Shown here in pieces: positions 40,701-48,945 of a DNA stretch of 64,000 nt. The stretch spans positions 32,001 to 96,000 of the forward strand of contig CBDBKM010000010.1 in assembly GCA_965206695.1 (NCBI GenBank), read 5' to 3'. How positions within the stretch are numbered: position 1 is the stretch's first letter; each line of letters begins with the position of its first letter. The position numbers and the translations under genes were made by a program. The notes under the pieces were generated by a model. That model was not told the origin of the DNA, did no database searches, and was given only the letters and a program-made list of their open reading frames with translations. Origin of the DNA: Chlamydiales bacterium (GTDB lineage Bacteria > Chlamydiota > Chlamydiia > Chlamydiales > JAAZZY01).

Positions 40701-43700
40701 AAATACTAAGATTCCTTCCTACATGACTCCTTCTTTTTTTATTGAAATTGAATCTGTGCCTTTAACAGTAAATGGAAAGGTTGACTATAAACAGTTGCCT
40801 GATCCAACTCACGTGAATGCGCAGTTAGGTTCTTCAATAAATCAAACTTTTCAAAGTTCAATTTCAAAAGAACTTCTATCCTTGTGGGAAGAAACTTTAG
40901 ATTTAACATCAGGTTCATTTGACCTTAATAAAAGCTTCTTTGAGCTGGGTGGGCATTCATTAAGCTTAATGAGCCTTCTCAGTAAAATAAGAGGTCAGTT
41001 GAATCGTAAGATTTCAATTCAAGATTTTTTCCAAAACCCATATCTTGCTTTTTTGAATGAGCAATTAAAGTGTAAGCCTCAATATAAATCTATAACTTCG
41101 CAAACGGATCAAAGTCAAAAAAATGAATTTCCATTAACTTCTGCTCAGAAAAAGATTTTTGCACATCAAAATATTTTTCCGGATTCTACGGCTTATAATT
41201 TACCGGGGACTTTTATCCTTAAAGGAGAGATAGCTTATAAAAAATTAGAAAGTGCATTTAGAGAGCTACAAAAAAGACATGAGGCACTGCGTCTTAAAAT
41301 CAAGCAAACCAGTGAAAAGGCTGTAGTTCAAGAAATACAAAGTGAGCCACTTGCGCAGATTGTATATAAAAATGTAAATGAAGATTGTAGCCAATATTGT
41401 GTTGCACAACTCACTCAACCTTTTGACTTATTAGATTCTCCGCTTCTCAAATGCTATCTTTTGCGCTATAATTCAAGTAGAGCGCTCCTATTTTTTGATA
41501 TTCATCATGTCATCGCTGATGGTATTTCTTTAGAGGTTATGCTCAAAGATTTCACTAAATTATATGCTGGAATAGATTTTGAGCAACCGAAGCTAAGCTA
41601 TCGAACTTTTTTGGATTATTATGCTTCAATGAGTAAAGCTACAAAAGCTGAAGGTCAAAATTTTTGGAGCAAATATTTAGGTTCTACCTTACCTCTTCTT
41701 AACTTTCCCTACGATTTTGCTAAAAATGTAAATACCTCTTACGGGGCAAAGAGAGAGACTCATGAGTGGCCAGAAAATTTTTCTGCACAGATTACATCAT
41801 ATGCAAAGGAAAAGAAGGTAACTCCGAATATCCTTTTTGTAGCTGCTTGCGTTATTTTGCTTCAAAAATATACAGGTCAAGAGTCGTTTTTAGTTGGCTT
41901 GCCGGCTTCAAGTCGGGATCTTTTGTTTGGAGCAGAGAGTGTAGTCGGTATGCTTGTGAACACACTTTACCTTAAAGCTTCGATATCACCAAATTTTAAA
42001 ATTTCTGATGTAATACATTTAGTAAAGGAAAATTTAATAGAAATTTTAGAGCATAAGCATGAACCTGTAGAGCCCGTTCTTTCAAAGTTAAACCCTGATC
42101 CCTCTATAAATCCTATTTCGTTTTTTATGGCTTATCAAGAGCCGGACCTGAATTCACTTGAAATGCAAGGTTCAGAAATAGAGAGGTTAAAGTTTAATCC
42201 TAAGGAAGCTAAATTCGACCTAAGCCTTGAAGTGTTCAATTTGGGTGGGAAATTTGAACTGAATTTAGACTATGCTTGCGAACTGACCTCTCAAAATTCT
42301 GCTGACTTGTTTCTTAAGTGTTTAAAAAAAACCTTGAATGCTCTTATTCAAAATGACTCCTCTTATCTAAAGGAAGTCAAAATTTTACCTCAGAATGAAG
42401 AAAGAAATATCGTAATAGACTTCAATAGAACAGAAGCTCCTTTTTCAAAAAAGGCTACTTTAGACAAGGTCCTGAAAGAAAAAATTGCTAGAGAGCAGAA
42501 TCAAATTGTAGTTTCCGATAATAAAACTTCTTTAAGCGCATTAGATTTTGAGCAAAAGATTTTAAAAATTGCAAGTCAGATGAAAGAAAGAGGGGTTCAA
42601 AAAGGGGCTGTTGTAGCGATTATTTGTAATAGATCCATTGAGATGTTGGCTACTATGTATGCTATTTTTAAACTTGAAGCTGCCTACCTTCCAATAAATC
42701 CTTCTTTCCCTGTTGAACGTCAAAAAATGCTTTTAAATCAAGCAAAGCCCTCCTTAATTTGTTTTTCCGGATTCACCTTATTGAAGGGTTCTATCTTTGA
42801 AAGTAGGCTTCTAAATTTGGAAGTAGAGGTTTCAAATTCAATAGAGAATTCATTTAACTCAAATCCCAAGAGTTTAGCCTACATACTTTATACCTCTGGT
42901 ACAACGGGCCTACCTAAAGGAGTCTTGATCTCTCACCAGAGTATTGTCAATCGCCTGGAATGGATGCAAGCTGCATACCCTCTAAAGAGTGATGACGTAA
43001 TCCTACAAAAAACACCCTCAACATTTGATGTTTCAGTTTGGGAACTTTTTTTATGGAGTTTTTCGAACGCGAAACTTTTCCTTTTAAATGAGGGTGATGA
43101 AAAAGATCCAACTGCTCTTTTGAAAACAATTAAGAGTAAATCAGTCACAGTAATGCACTTTGTGCCATCTATGTTAAATGCTTTTTTAGATTATCTTAAA
43201 GTACAGCCGAACTTAGGAATGCTACCACTAAGAAAAATTTTTGTAAGTGGAGAAGCTTTACCGAAAGAAGTTGTGAAAAAATTTTATCAGACCATTTCTT
43301 ATGTTGAGCTTATAAATTTATACGGTCCAACCGAGGCAACGGTTGATGTCACTCATTTCCCTTGCTCCTCCAATCCAGCAAAGGTCTTAATTGGAAAACC
43401 CATTCAGAATCATCAACTTTATGTTCTAGATAGATACATGAATATTCAGCCTCCAGGAGTTCCAGGCAAACTTTATATTTCGGGCGTTGGGTTGGCATGG
43501 GGATACTTAAACGAACCTCGCTTAACAGCTAAAAAATTTCTTCCTAATCCTTTTATATCCGGATGTAGAATGTATGACACTGGGGATGTTGCCCGTTTTA
43601 ACTCTTATGGGGAAATTGAGTTTTTAGGTAGAGCTGACCGTCAAATAAAGATTCGAGGTATGAGAATAGAATTAGCTGAAATTGAAGATGTTATGCTTAA

Positions 43701-45603
43701 GCTTGAGGGTATCCAACAAGCTGCCGTGCTTTATCATCAAGAGGACTCGACTATTCCCGGAAAACTTATTGGATTTGTTGCTTTCTTAGCATCAAATTCT
43801 TTGTCAGAGAAAGAAATAAATAGTGACCTTAAGGAAGTCCTCCCAGAGCATATGATTCCTCAAAAATTGATTGTCCTTGAGAAGCTGCCTCTGACAAGAA
43901 ACGGGAAGCTGGACTATAAATTTCTAGAAGAAAAATCTTTGCGCCTCAATTTGGAAACTTCTGATCTTAAAACGAATGGATCTACAGATTTAGAAAATAA
44001 TGAAGTCATCAAAAAACTCTCAGAAATTTGGCAGAAAGTTCTAAAAATAGAGAAGGTTTATCCTCGTGATAATTTTTTTGAATTAGGAGGAGATTCTATT
44101 TTAGCGATTCAGGTGGTAGCAAATGCGCAGGCTCAGGGGCTAAACCTTAATGTGCAAGATATTATGAAAAAACAAACTGTTCGAAGTATTTCGACCACTT
44201 TATCCCTTAAGTGCGCAGCGCCAATTAATCAAGAAAAAACGCTAGGTGCCTTTCCATTAACTCCAATTCAAGCTTGGTTTTTCACTTTTGCAAAAAAAGA
44301 CATTTCGCACTTCAATCAAGCCATTTTACTTACCTTAAAAGAACCTGTTAAGCCGGTATATTTGAAAAAAACAATCCATTACCTGCTCGATTTACATGAT
44401 ATGCTAAGAACTAAATTCTATATTCAAAATTCGAATTGGGTTCAAGAGTGCTTAGAAGATGCTAATCCCATCATTGATTTTCATGACCTTTCCCGGTATG
44501 AAAAGAAGGATTTAAATGAAAAACTTGCCCAGGTAAAGAATAGTGCTCAAAAAAGTTTAGCAATTGAGCTGGGAGCTCTTTTGAATATTCAACACTTGAA
44601 ACTGCCTGAAGGAAAGGAGCAACTTCTTTTTATTTGTCATCATCTAGTCATAGATGGTGTTTCCTGGCGCTTCTTCTTAGAGGATTTTTGTAATATTTAT
44701 AGACAGGTCTCAACTGAAGCTGAGATTGTTCTACCCTTTAAAACAAATTCCTATAAGAGCTATGCAAATGAAATTCAATCTATAATCAATCAACCTCTTG
44801 TACTTGATTACTGGAAAAATCAAGTTGCCCCTATGTATTACCTTCCTGTAGATTTTGGTAATCCAGACCGGGTTATTAAAAAGTTAGATAAATACAGAAC
44901 TATTTTAGAAGAGAAAGTTACTTATAAACTTTTTACACTTTCACAGTCCCATTATAAATGTCAGATAGAAGAGTTGCTTCTTAAAGCACTATTAGATTCG
45001 ATCTATGAAAAATGGAACATTGATTCTATTGCCATCAATTTTGAAAGTCATGGAAGAACAAGTAACCGTTTTTTAAAGAGTTACTCACGAACTTTAGGGT
45101 GGTTTACGTCTCTATACCCTGTCTTCTTAAGATCTAACTCAGGTGAGTCTATAGCTGATAATATTCAATTGATAAAAAAATCATTAAAAGCAGCTGAAAA
45201 AAACTCAATTGACTTTGCTGTTCACCAGTACTTGATGAAGAAAACTTCTCTACAAAGCTCACAAATTTGCTTTAATTTTCATGGAAAATTAGATCAGGTT
45301 TTGACAGGTCTACCTCTCTTTGAACAAGAGTATAATCCTGAAACAGGTAAAGTAGCTTCAGATCTAGTTAATCCACCTCATTTAGTTGCATTTAATATAT
45401 TCGCCCTTGGTTCTCAACTGCACATTGAGTGTGAGTATAGTAAATCGAACTATTCATCTATGACAATAGAAGCTTTCCTTAAAAATTATAAAGAGAAGTT
45501 AAAAGCGTTGACTCAGTTCAACCTGCTCTCAGAAAAGCTAAACAAAAATACATCACGTGTTTCAGCTAGTAGTTTAGAAAAAGTTTTTTCTCAATTAAAA
45601 TAA
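34741..45603 (+). CDS. Trimodular NRPS: C-A(Asn)-T-C-A(Ala?)-T-C-A(Ser)-T-E
   Basis: HHxxxD x3 plus E domain (HHLVIDGVSWR, ESHGR, RTLGWFT); PCP motifs GGDS/GGHS/GGDS; codes read by eye: DMTKIGEVGK, DIPNFCLVYK, DVWHFSLVDK. Confidence 0.95.
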   Translation: MTQENQHKYKALESQKGLWLNQKLNPNSFADNILRGIKFEGNLTSSHIEQTLDKLLELHPSLRGIFRMEEDILYQHILNKPNYCSLYDAAAWTDLEITSFAQNKQKKPFDLGEEVPFRAYLLQRKSEIVLILVIHHISIDLWSEIILSEQFLRILPSVMQDSHLELKQTSDSFEAFVRCHAEKLTQTRIDDLLNFWKPHCWQKNDPLSLPFSKKRPQVQNYEGSELVLMLSPEIYLSIKKLSSKLKISVYSFLLTVFQIVYYKYSGAKEITIGSTTAGRKHACFRKTVGYFINPIPILLSLKGQTHIEDLFEENFKKIQKYLKHSDLPFPTMVEKLEVKKEPSFHPLFQVMFNYVGKLPFWQTEREINVSKKEKIKLSPLKVTNLLAQFELVVNASVDGKALNLSWQYNTSIFSKTDIQTLMCEYKTFVHNILNQSNRSLYQLLEVNACSDTQKSSLQNCANKFDSIFDWFEASVHQNSKRVAITMEERAFSYEDLFSRVNQIAHFMKKKGIKTGSVVVLYLDLSEDTIASVLAISKLNAVYLPLDKNSPNQRLNSIVKSCDAVVLKSYKSTSPFESDVKVIHLEDIKKEQFKLERGTKQAGLNKNRIAYLIFTSGSTGTAKGVMVPNSAILNYLEWAIKTYFQSHIKTATLFGSLAFDMSLTALFAPLLAGKTLKILLSENIEDNLKQLAFDREIDLCKITPSHLEGLTEIASEAKGSSSLKSMILGGEELKTAVAEKALSSIGSKIKIYNEYGPTEATVGCMIHQFTQNENKKASVPIGIPIQNAQIYVMNEDLQIQPYDVPGELYISGEGLAWGYLRQPVETAKKFIPHPFISGKRIYKTGDLGVKRANGIIEYIGRIDSQLKIRGYRIEKREIEYVIHQVDLVKEALVLMSQGKLIAIIIAKVKNKTEFLDQVKKKVNSLLPKYMVPDHFILIDQLPLSPSGKVDQPTLKKIITEVREEKKQIPLIGSLENSLGQIWSEILKVNLGTISRNDNFFDLGGDSVKLLQTVSRIRRLGYECEYNVFFDYPTIQELASELKPRSNSFLNSPKSAYCQSPELKALNSELSKKHQQAFPLTSIQKGILFHYKSSPASLAYLEQLECTFKGDWCLDSFEKVLSALQKRHQVLDSKLLDIDTGEALTILGVGHKIPFSVSDLSCKSQAEQEHLIEQYKIADLEQGFNLYSEPPLRVSSFKLSATEIKLIWCAHHIVLDGWSLTILLKDFFSMYSTYPQKFSNDLKNGRFEYKDFIHWYMGSDKSKAVNFWNNYLKNVTSPSFVLGNSSQSPIYSFGQLSREIPMRNLVSLLKILNSNRITLNAFLQAAWGVLLAKWNLQKKVVFGTVSNFRPIDLENIENAVGLFVNTLPVRVNIKNQARLLDIVKKVQKDFLEAQPNNFISLSEIIQRKNHPPNLINHLLIFGNYPKATLEKENKDRNFSLSNFKMREQTNYDFNLYINSQEEGKNKNPCLELNFIFNKNVYSEQQINEVAGSFTTLISETDLLNKHFGELEYTAFQRARCLHLTKKTKCDPFIKPLIKIFDTKVKTIPHEVALFYNNRSYTFHYIDDMSTRLAGFFQKNGVKKGDLVALILPRSIDTVCAILAVLKSGATYLPIAPQTPKIRIEQIFMTSKCSFLLTEKLLPLSNKITQFIYDLEAWKNFSENFQPITSDLNQLLYVLFTSGSTGKPKGVMVEQKSVLSLLTHLEGKYPLKKGDAFLLKTSYTFDISCPELFSWILGSGKLIISEENDEKDPETIADVIIKYKVTHINFVPSMLHIFLEVLEPKKLQEVFHNLRYVFSCGEPLRLDTIKKFYSITQEVCLVNLYGPTEATVYATEEECDPNATVVSIGFPIKGISAHLLDDELNDVPPGVIGTLYLEGVGLARGYLNEPRLTAEEFIPSKKQYGQLMYNTGDKATFTFDGKLLFKGRNDCQVKVRGYRVEIQEIEHHLSSFEGIKVSVVKPFKNQGAMDLVAYYVPNRTIKINEISAFLNTKIPSYMTPSFFIEIESVPLTVNGKVDYKQLPDPTHVNAQLGSSINQTFQSSISKELLSLWEETLDLTSGSFDLNKSFFELGGHSLSLMSLLSKIRGQLNRKISIQDFFQNPYLAFLNEQLKCKPQYKSITSQTDQSQKNEFPLTSAQKKIFAHQNIFPDSTAYNLPGTFILKGEIAYKKLESAFRELQKRHEALRLKIKQTSEKAVVQEIQSEPLAQIVYKNVNEDCSQYCVAQLTQPFDLLDSPLLKCYLLRYNSSRALLFFDIHHVIADGISLEVMLKDFTKLYAGIDFEQPKLSYRTFLDYYASMSKATKAEGQNFWSKYLGSTLPLLNFPYDFAKNVNTSYGAKRETHEWPENFSAQITSYAKEKKVTPNILFVAACVILLQKYTGQESFLVGLPASSRDLLFGAESVVGMLVNTLYLKASISPNFKISDVIHLVKENLIEILEHKHEPVEPVLSKLNPDPSINPISFFMAYQEPDLNSLEMQGSEIERLKFNPKEAKFDLSLEVFNLGGKFELNLDYACELTSQNSADLFLKCLKKTLNALIQNDSSYLKEVKILPQNEERNIVIDFNRTEAPFSKKATLDKVLKEKIAREQNQIVVSDNKTSLSALDFEQKILKIASQMKERGVQKGAVVAIICNRSIEMLATMYAIFKLEAAYLPINPSFPVERQKMLLNQAKPSLICFSGFTLLKGSIFESRLLNLEVEVSNSIENSFNSNPKSLAYILYTSGTTGLPKGVLISHQSIVNRLEWMQAAYPLKSDDVILQKTPSTFDVSVWELFLWSFSNAKLFLLNEGDEKDPTALLKTIKSKSVTVMHFVPSMLNAFLDYLKVQPNLGMLPLRKIFVSGEALPKEVVKKFYQTISYVELINLYGPTEATVDVTHFPCSSNPAKVLIGKPIQNHQLYVLDRYMNIQPPGVPGKLYISGVGLAWGYLNEPRLTAKKFLPNPFISGCRMYDTGDVARFNSYGEIEFLGRADRQIKIRGMRIELAEIEDVMLKLEGIQQAAVLYHQEDSTIPGKLIGFVAFLASNSLSEKEINSDLKEVLPEHMIPQKLIVLEKLPLTRNGKLDYKFLEEKSLRLNLETSDLKTNGSTDLENNEVIKKLSEIWQKVLKIEKVYPRDNFFELGGDSILAIQVVANAQAQGLNLNVQDIMKKQTVRSISTTLSLKCAAPINQEKTLGAFPLTPIQAWFFTFAKKDISHFNQAILLTLKEPVKPVYLKKTIHYLLDLHDMLRTKFYIQNSNWVQECLEDANPIIDFHDLSRYEKKDLNEKLAQVKNSAQKSLAIELGALLNIQHLKLPEGKEQLLFICHHLVIDGVSWRFFLEDFCNIYRQVSTEAEIVLPFKTNSYKSYANEIQSIINQPLVLDYWKNQVAPMYYLPVDFGNPDRVIKKLDKYRTILEEKVTYKLFTLSQSHYKCQIEELLLKALLDSIYEKWNIDSIAINFESHGRTSNRFLKSYSRTLGWFTSLYPVFLRSNSGESIADNIQLIKKSLKAAEKNSIDFAVHQYLMKKTSLQSSQICFNFHGKLDQVLTGLPLFEQEYNPETGKVASDLVNPPHLVAFNIFALGSQLHIECEYSKSNYSSMTIEAFLKNYKEKLKALTQFNLLSEKLNKNTSRVSASSLEKVFSQLK

Positions 45604-45660
45604 TTATGCTAGTAAAAAAATATTTTAAACTTCTATGCTTTTTATTCTTGTAAGAAGTGT

Positions 45661-48600
45661 TTGGGTAAATCCGTGGAATGTAACTCCCCGAAAAATATTG
45701 AATCTGTCTACGAGTTAAGTCCTACCCAAGAGGGAATGTTGTTGCATTCTTTAAAAGACCATTCATTTAAAGAAGGCATTTATCATCAACAGTTTATCTG
45801 GGAATTTTCTGCGGACCTCAAGCCGGATTTATTCAGAAAAGCCTGGGACAGAGTCATACTTCAAAATGAAGTTCTACGCTCTGCTTTTTTTTGGAAAGAT
45901 TTAGAGCAGCCCTTACAAGCAGTGCTATCTGAAATAAATATAAATATTTTGTATGAAGATTTTTCTAGTGGAAGTGATTTATATCAAAATAAAAAAATTC
46001 AGAAATATTTAGAAGAAGACTTAGAGCATCCCTTTGTTCTTGAAAAGCCTCCATTGATGAGGTTTAAGCTATTCAAAAAATCAGATTCTTTATTTTTATT
46101 TATATGGAGTCACCATCATATAATTTTGGATGGATGGTCTATTGTTGTAGTGCTCAAACAATTGATTGAGGGCTATACTGCTCTTCTAAAAGGCAAGACT
46201 TCTTCTTTGAAGCTGACTACTCCACCCTACCAAACTTTTATTGATTGGATAAAAACTCAAGATGCTCTAGATGCCGAAAAATTTTGGAAATCTAGATTTT
46301 ACGCTATAGAAGAGCAAAAGCGACTAAGAGAGCTAGAGCATAACACATCTAAGCCTATTTTTCATGCTGTTGAACTAGAACTTTCTCAAAACAATCTTGC
46401 TTTTTTGCAAAGTTTTTCTAAAAAAGTATTCTGTTCGCTTGCGACATTATTTCAAGCAGCATGGGGGCTAACTTTATCTAGGTTTTCTGCTCAGTATGAT
46501 GTGGTATTTGGAATGACTACATCAGGTAGATCTGCACCTATTTCAGGTATTGATGAGATGGTTGGATTGTTTATAAATACACTTCCTGTTCGTATTCAAA
46601 TAGCTCTCAATTTGAACCTTAAAAATTGGCTTAACTCTATCCAGTCAAATGTAGTTGCTCAATCACAGTGGGAGCAAAGTTCACTGACTGACATTCATAC
46701 ATGGACTGGAGCTACTCATGGTTTTGACCTCTTTGAATCAATATTAGTATTTGAAAATTATCCAACTTTTGATGCTCCTGATGATTCCCCTGTTAAGATA
46801 AAGAGTTTTAAGGCTAATGAAACAACGAACTATCCTCTTACCTTATCAATAGAATATACGAAGGCCCAATCTCTTAGAATTGAGCTCAAATATAAAATAA
46901 ACCTATTTTCTCAAGTCTTGATAGAAGAGCTTTTAAAGTGCTTCAAAAAAATCCTCTCATTACTACCGAAAAATGAAGAACTATGCCTTGAAGAGCTAAT
47001 TGAAAAAATATCTGGTGTGCAGCCTAAAAGACAATCAATAACTAGGAAAAAGCATTTTACTAATTCAAATGTTACATTATTCGATAGGTTTGTAGAGTGT
47101 GCTACGCATAAACTTTCAGTATGCGCATTGGCCGATCAGTATGAATCTATAAGTTATGAAGAAATGCTCAAAAGGGTTAACCTACAAGCTTCAAACCTGA
47201 AGCAAATAGGCCTAAAAAGCAACGAATGTGTAGTGCTTCACATGGAGCGTTCTACACTTGTAGTCACCACTATTTTTGCAATTTGGAAGATAGGAGCTCA
47301 TTTTTGCTTTTTAGAACCCTCGTTGCCTCAAGAGAGGAAGGAATCTTTTCTTAAGCATTTGCAGCCAACTATTATTATTGAATCAGATGAATTAAAAAAA
47401 GAAGACAAGTTAGAAAAAATAGATCAAATCTATTCTATTCAAAGTACTTTTAAAGAGGATATTGAACATAATAACCTTTCCTTTAGTAGAGCTTCACCAA
47501 ATGATCTAGCCTATATCGTGTTGACTTCTGGGACTACGGGAGAACCCAAACCTGTAATGGTTGAACATCATAACCTATTTTCTATTGCTGAAGGATGGAG
47601 GAAGGTCTTTGCTCTTGATGAAATACAAGTCCACTTATTTCAAGTTGCGAGCATGAACTTTGATGTGTTCTTAGGTGATATAGCAAGAACATTCTTCAAT
47701 GGAGGCAAAATGGTAATTTGCCCCGAAAGTGTACGAGTAAATCCTCCTGAATTTTATTGTTATTTGAAAAATCAAAATATTTCAATTTTAGAGTCGACGC
47801 CCCAGCTCATTATTCCTATTTTTGAGTATATTTACCAAAATAAACTACCTCTTCCCGCAATGAAGGTAGCTTTGATGGGCTCTGATGCTTTATCTAGAAT
47901 TGACTTCAATAGAATGAAAGCTTACTTCCCTTCAATCCGCTGGTTTAATACCTATGGAATTTCAGAGGCAACAATTGATACAACTTATTTTGAAGATTTT
48001 GAAGAAGCAGGCCTAAAACAAAATGATCAACGCTTAGCCTCAAATTTTGTCCCAATTGGAAAAGCTTTTCCTAATATGAATTTTTATATTCTAGATGGGC
48101 ATTTATTGCCTTTACCACGTGGGAGTATTGGAGAAGTATATATTGCTGGAACAGGGGTTTGTAGGGGATATTTAGATAATCCTGCAGCAACAGCGCAAAA
48201 ATTCATTCCAGATCCTTTTTCAATCGGTAAACGTCTCTATAAAACAAGTGATTTAGGTCGGATTCTATTTTCTGGGGAGCTAGAATTTTTAGGGAGAATA
48301 GACCATGAGCTTAAAATACGTGGACATCGAGTAAATATTAGGGAAATAACTAATCTAGTAGAAAATTGGCCCGGGGTTACGAAGTCCATCTTGATTCCGG
48401 TAAATAATAATCAAGCAATTGGTTGTTACTACAATGAGGAATTGGCTGTAAATCAAGAACAATTACATGAGTATCTAGTCAAAAAACTACCTGCTTATAT
48501 GTTGCCTTGTTTTTATAAAAAGATCAAAAAATTTCCATTAACTTCTAATGGAAAAATAGACGTTAGATCCCTTACACAAATTAACTCTCCCAAAAACGTC

Positions 48601-48945
48601 CTCCAAGCAGAATATATTGATACGCAAAATATCAGTCCTTTGTTTTTTGAGATTTGGGAAGAGGTTTTAGGCTCTTCTTCAATAGGGCCTAATAAAAGTT
48701 TTTTTGAGCAAGGGGGGACTTCTCTTTCATTGCTCAAATTATTTAATCTCTTAGATAAAAATTTTCCTGGAAAAGCTTCAATCGCTGACCTTTTTGAACA
48801 TGATACTATTCAAAAGCAAGCTAAATTTTTTGAAAAAGAAAGCGATCAAATTAAGAGTCTTGAAGAAATATTAATAGACCTTCAGAAAGGATTAATTTCT
48901 GCTGAAGAAGCACGAAAACAAATGGAGTCATCAACGCATGAATAA
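45661..48945 (+). CDS. Monomodular NRPS: C(DCL-type)-A(Orn-like)-T plus docking helices
   Basis: LSPTQEGMLLH, HHIILDGWS; code DVGELGTIDK; PCP GGTS; exact start uncertain. Confidence 0.93.
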   Translation: MGKSVECNSPKNIESVYELSPTQEGMLLHSLKDHSFKEGIYHQQFIWEFSADLKPDLFRKAWDRVILQNEVLRSAFFWKDLEQPLQAVLSEININILYEDFSSGSDLYQNKKIQKYLEEDLEHPFVLEKPPLMRFKLFKKSDSLFLFIWSHHHIILDGWSIVVVLKQLIEGYTALLKGKTSSLKLTTPPYQTFIDWIKTQDALDAEKFWKSRFYAIEEQKRLRELEHNTSKPIFHAVELELSQNNLAFLQSFSKKVFCSLATLFQAAWGLTLSRFSAQYDVVFGMTTSGRSAPISGIDEMVGLFINTLPVRIQIALNLNLKNWLNSIQSNVVAQSQWEQSSLTDIHTWTGATHGFDLFESILVFENYPTFDAPDDSPVKIKSFKANETTNYPLTLSIEYTKAQSLRIELKYKINLFSQVLIEELLKCFKKILSLLPKNEELCLEELIEKISGVQPKRQSITRKKHFTNSNVTLFDRFVECATHKLSVCALADQYESISYEEMLKRVNLQASNLKQIGLKSNECVVLHMERSTLVVTTIFAIWKIGAHFCFLEPSLPQERKESFLKHLQPTIIIESDELKKEDKLEKIDQIYSIQSTFKEDIEHNNLSFSRASPNDLAYIVLTSGTTGEPKPVMVEHHNLFSIAEGWRKVFALDEIQVHLFQVASMNFDVFLGDIARTFFNGGKMVICPESVRVNPPEFYCYLKNQNISILESTPQLIIPIFEYIYQNKLPLPAMKVALMGSDALSRIDFNRMKAYFPSIRWFNTYGISEATIDTTYFEDFEEAGLKQNDQRLASNFVPIGKAFPNMNFYILDGHLLPLPRGSIGEVYIAGTGVCRGYLDNPAATAQKFIPDPFSIGKRLYKTSDLGRILFSGELEFLGRIDHELKIRGHRVNIREITNLVENWPGVTKSILIPVNNNQAIGCYYNEELAVNQEQLHEYLVKKLPAYMLPCFYKKIKKFPLTSNGKIDVRSLTQINSPKNVLQAEYIDTQNISPLFFEIWEEVLGSSSIGPNKSFFEQGGTSLSLLKLFNLLDKNFPGKASIADLFEHDTIQKQAKFFEKESDQIKSLEEILIDLQKGLISAEEARKQMESSTHE

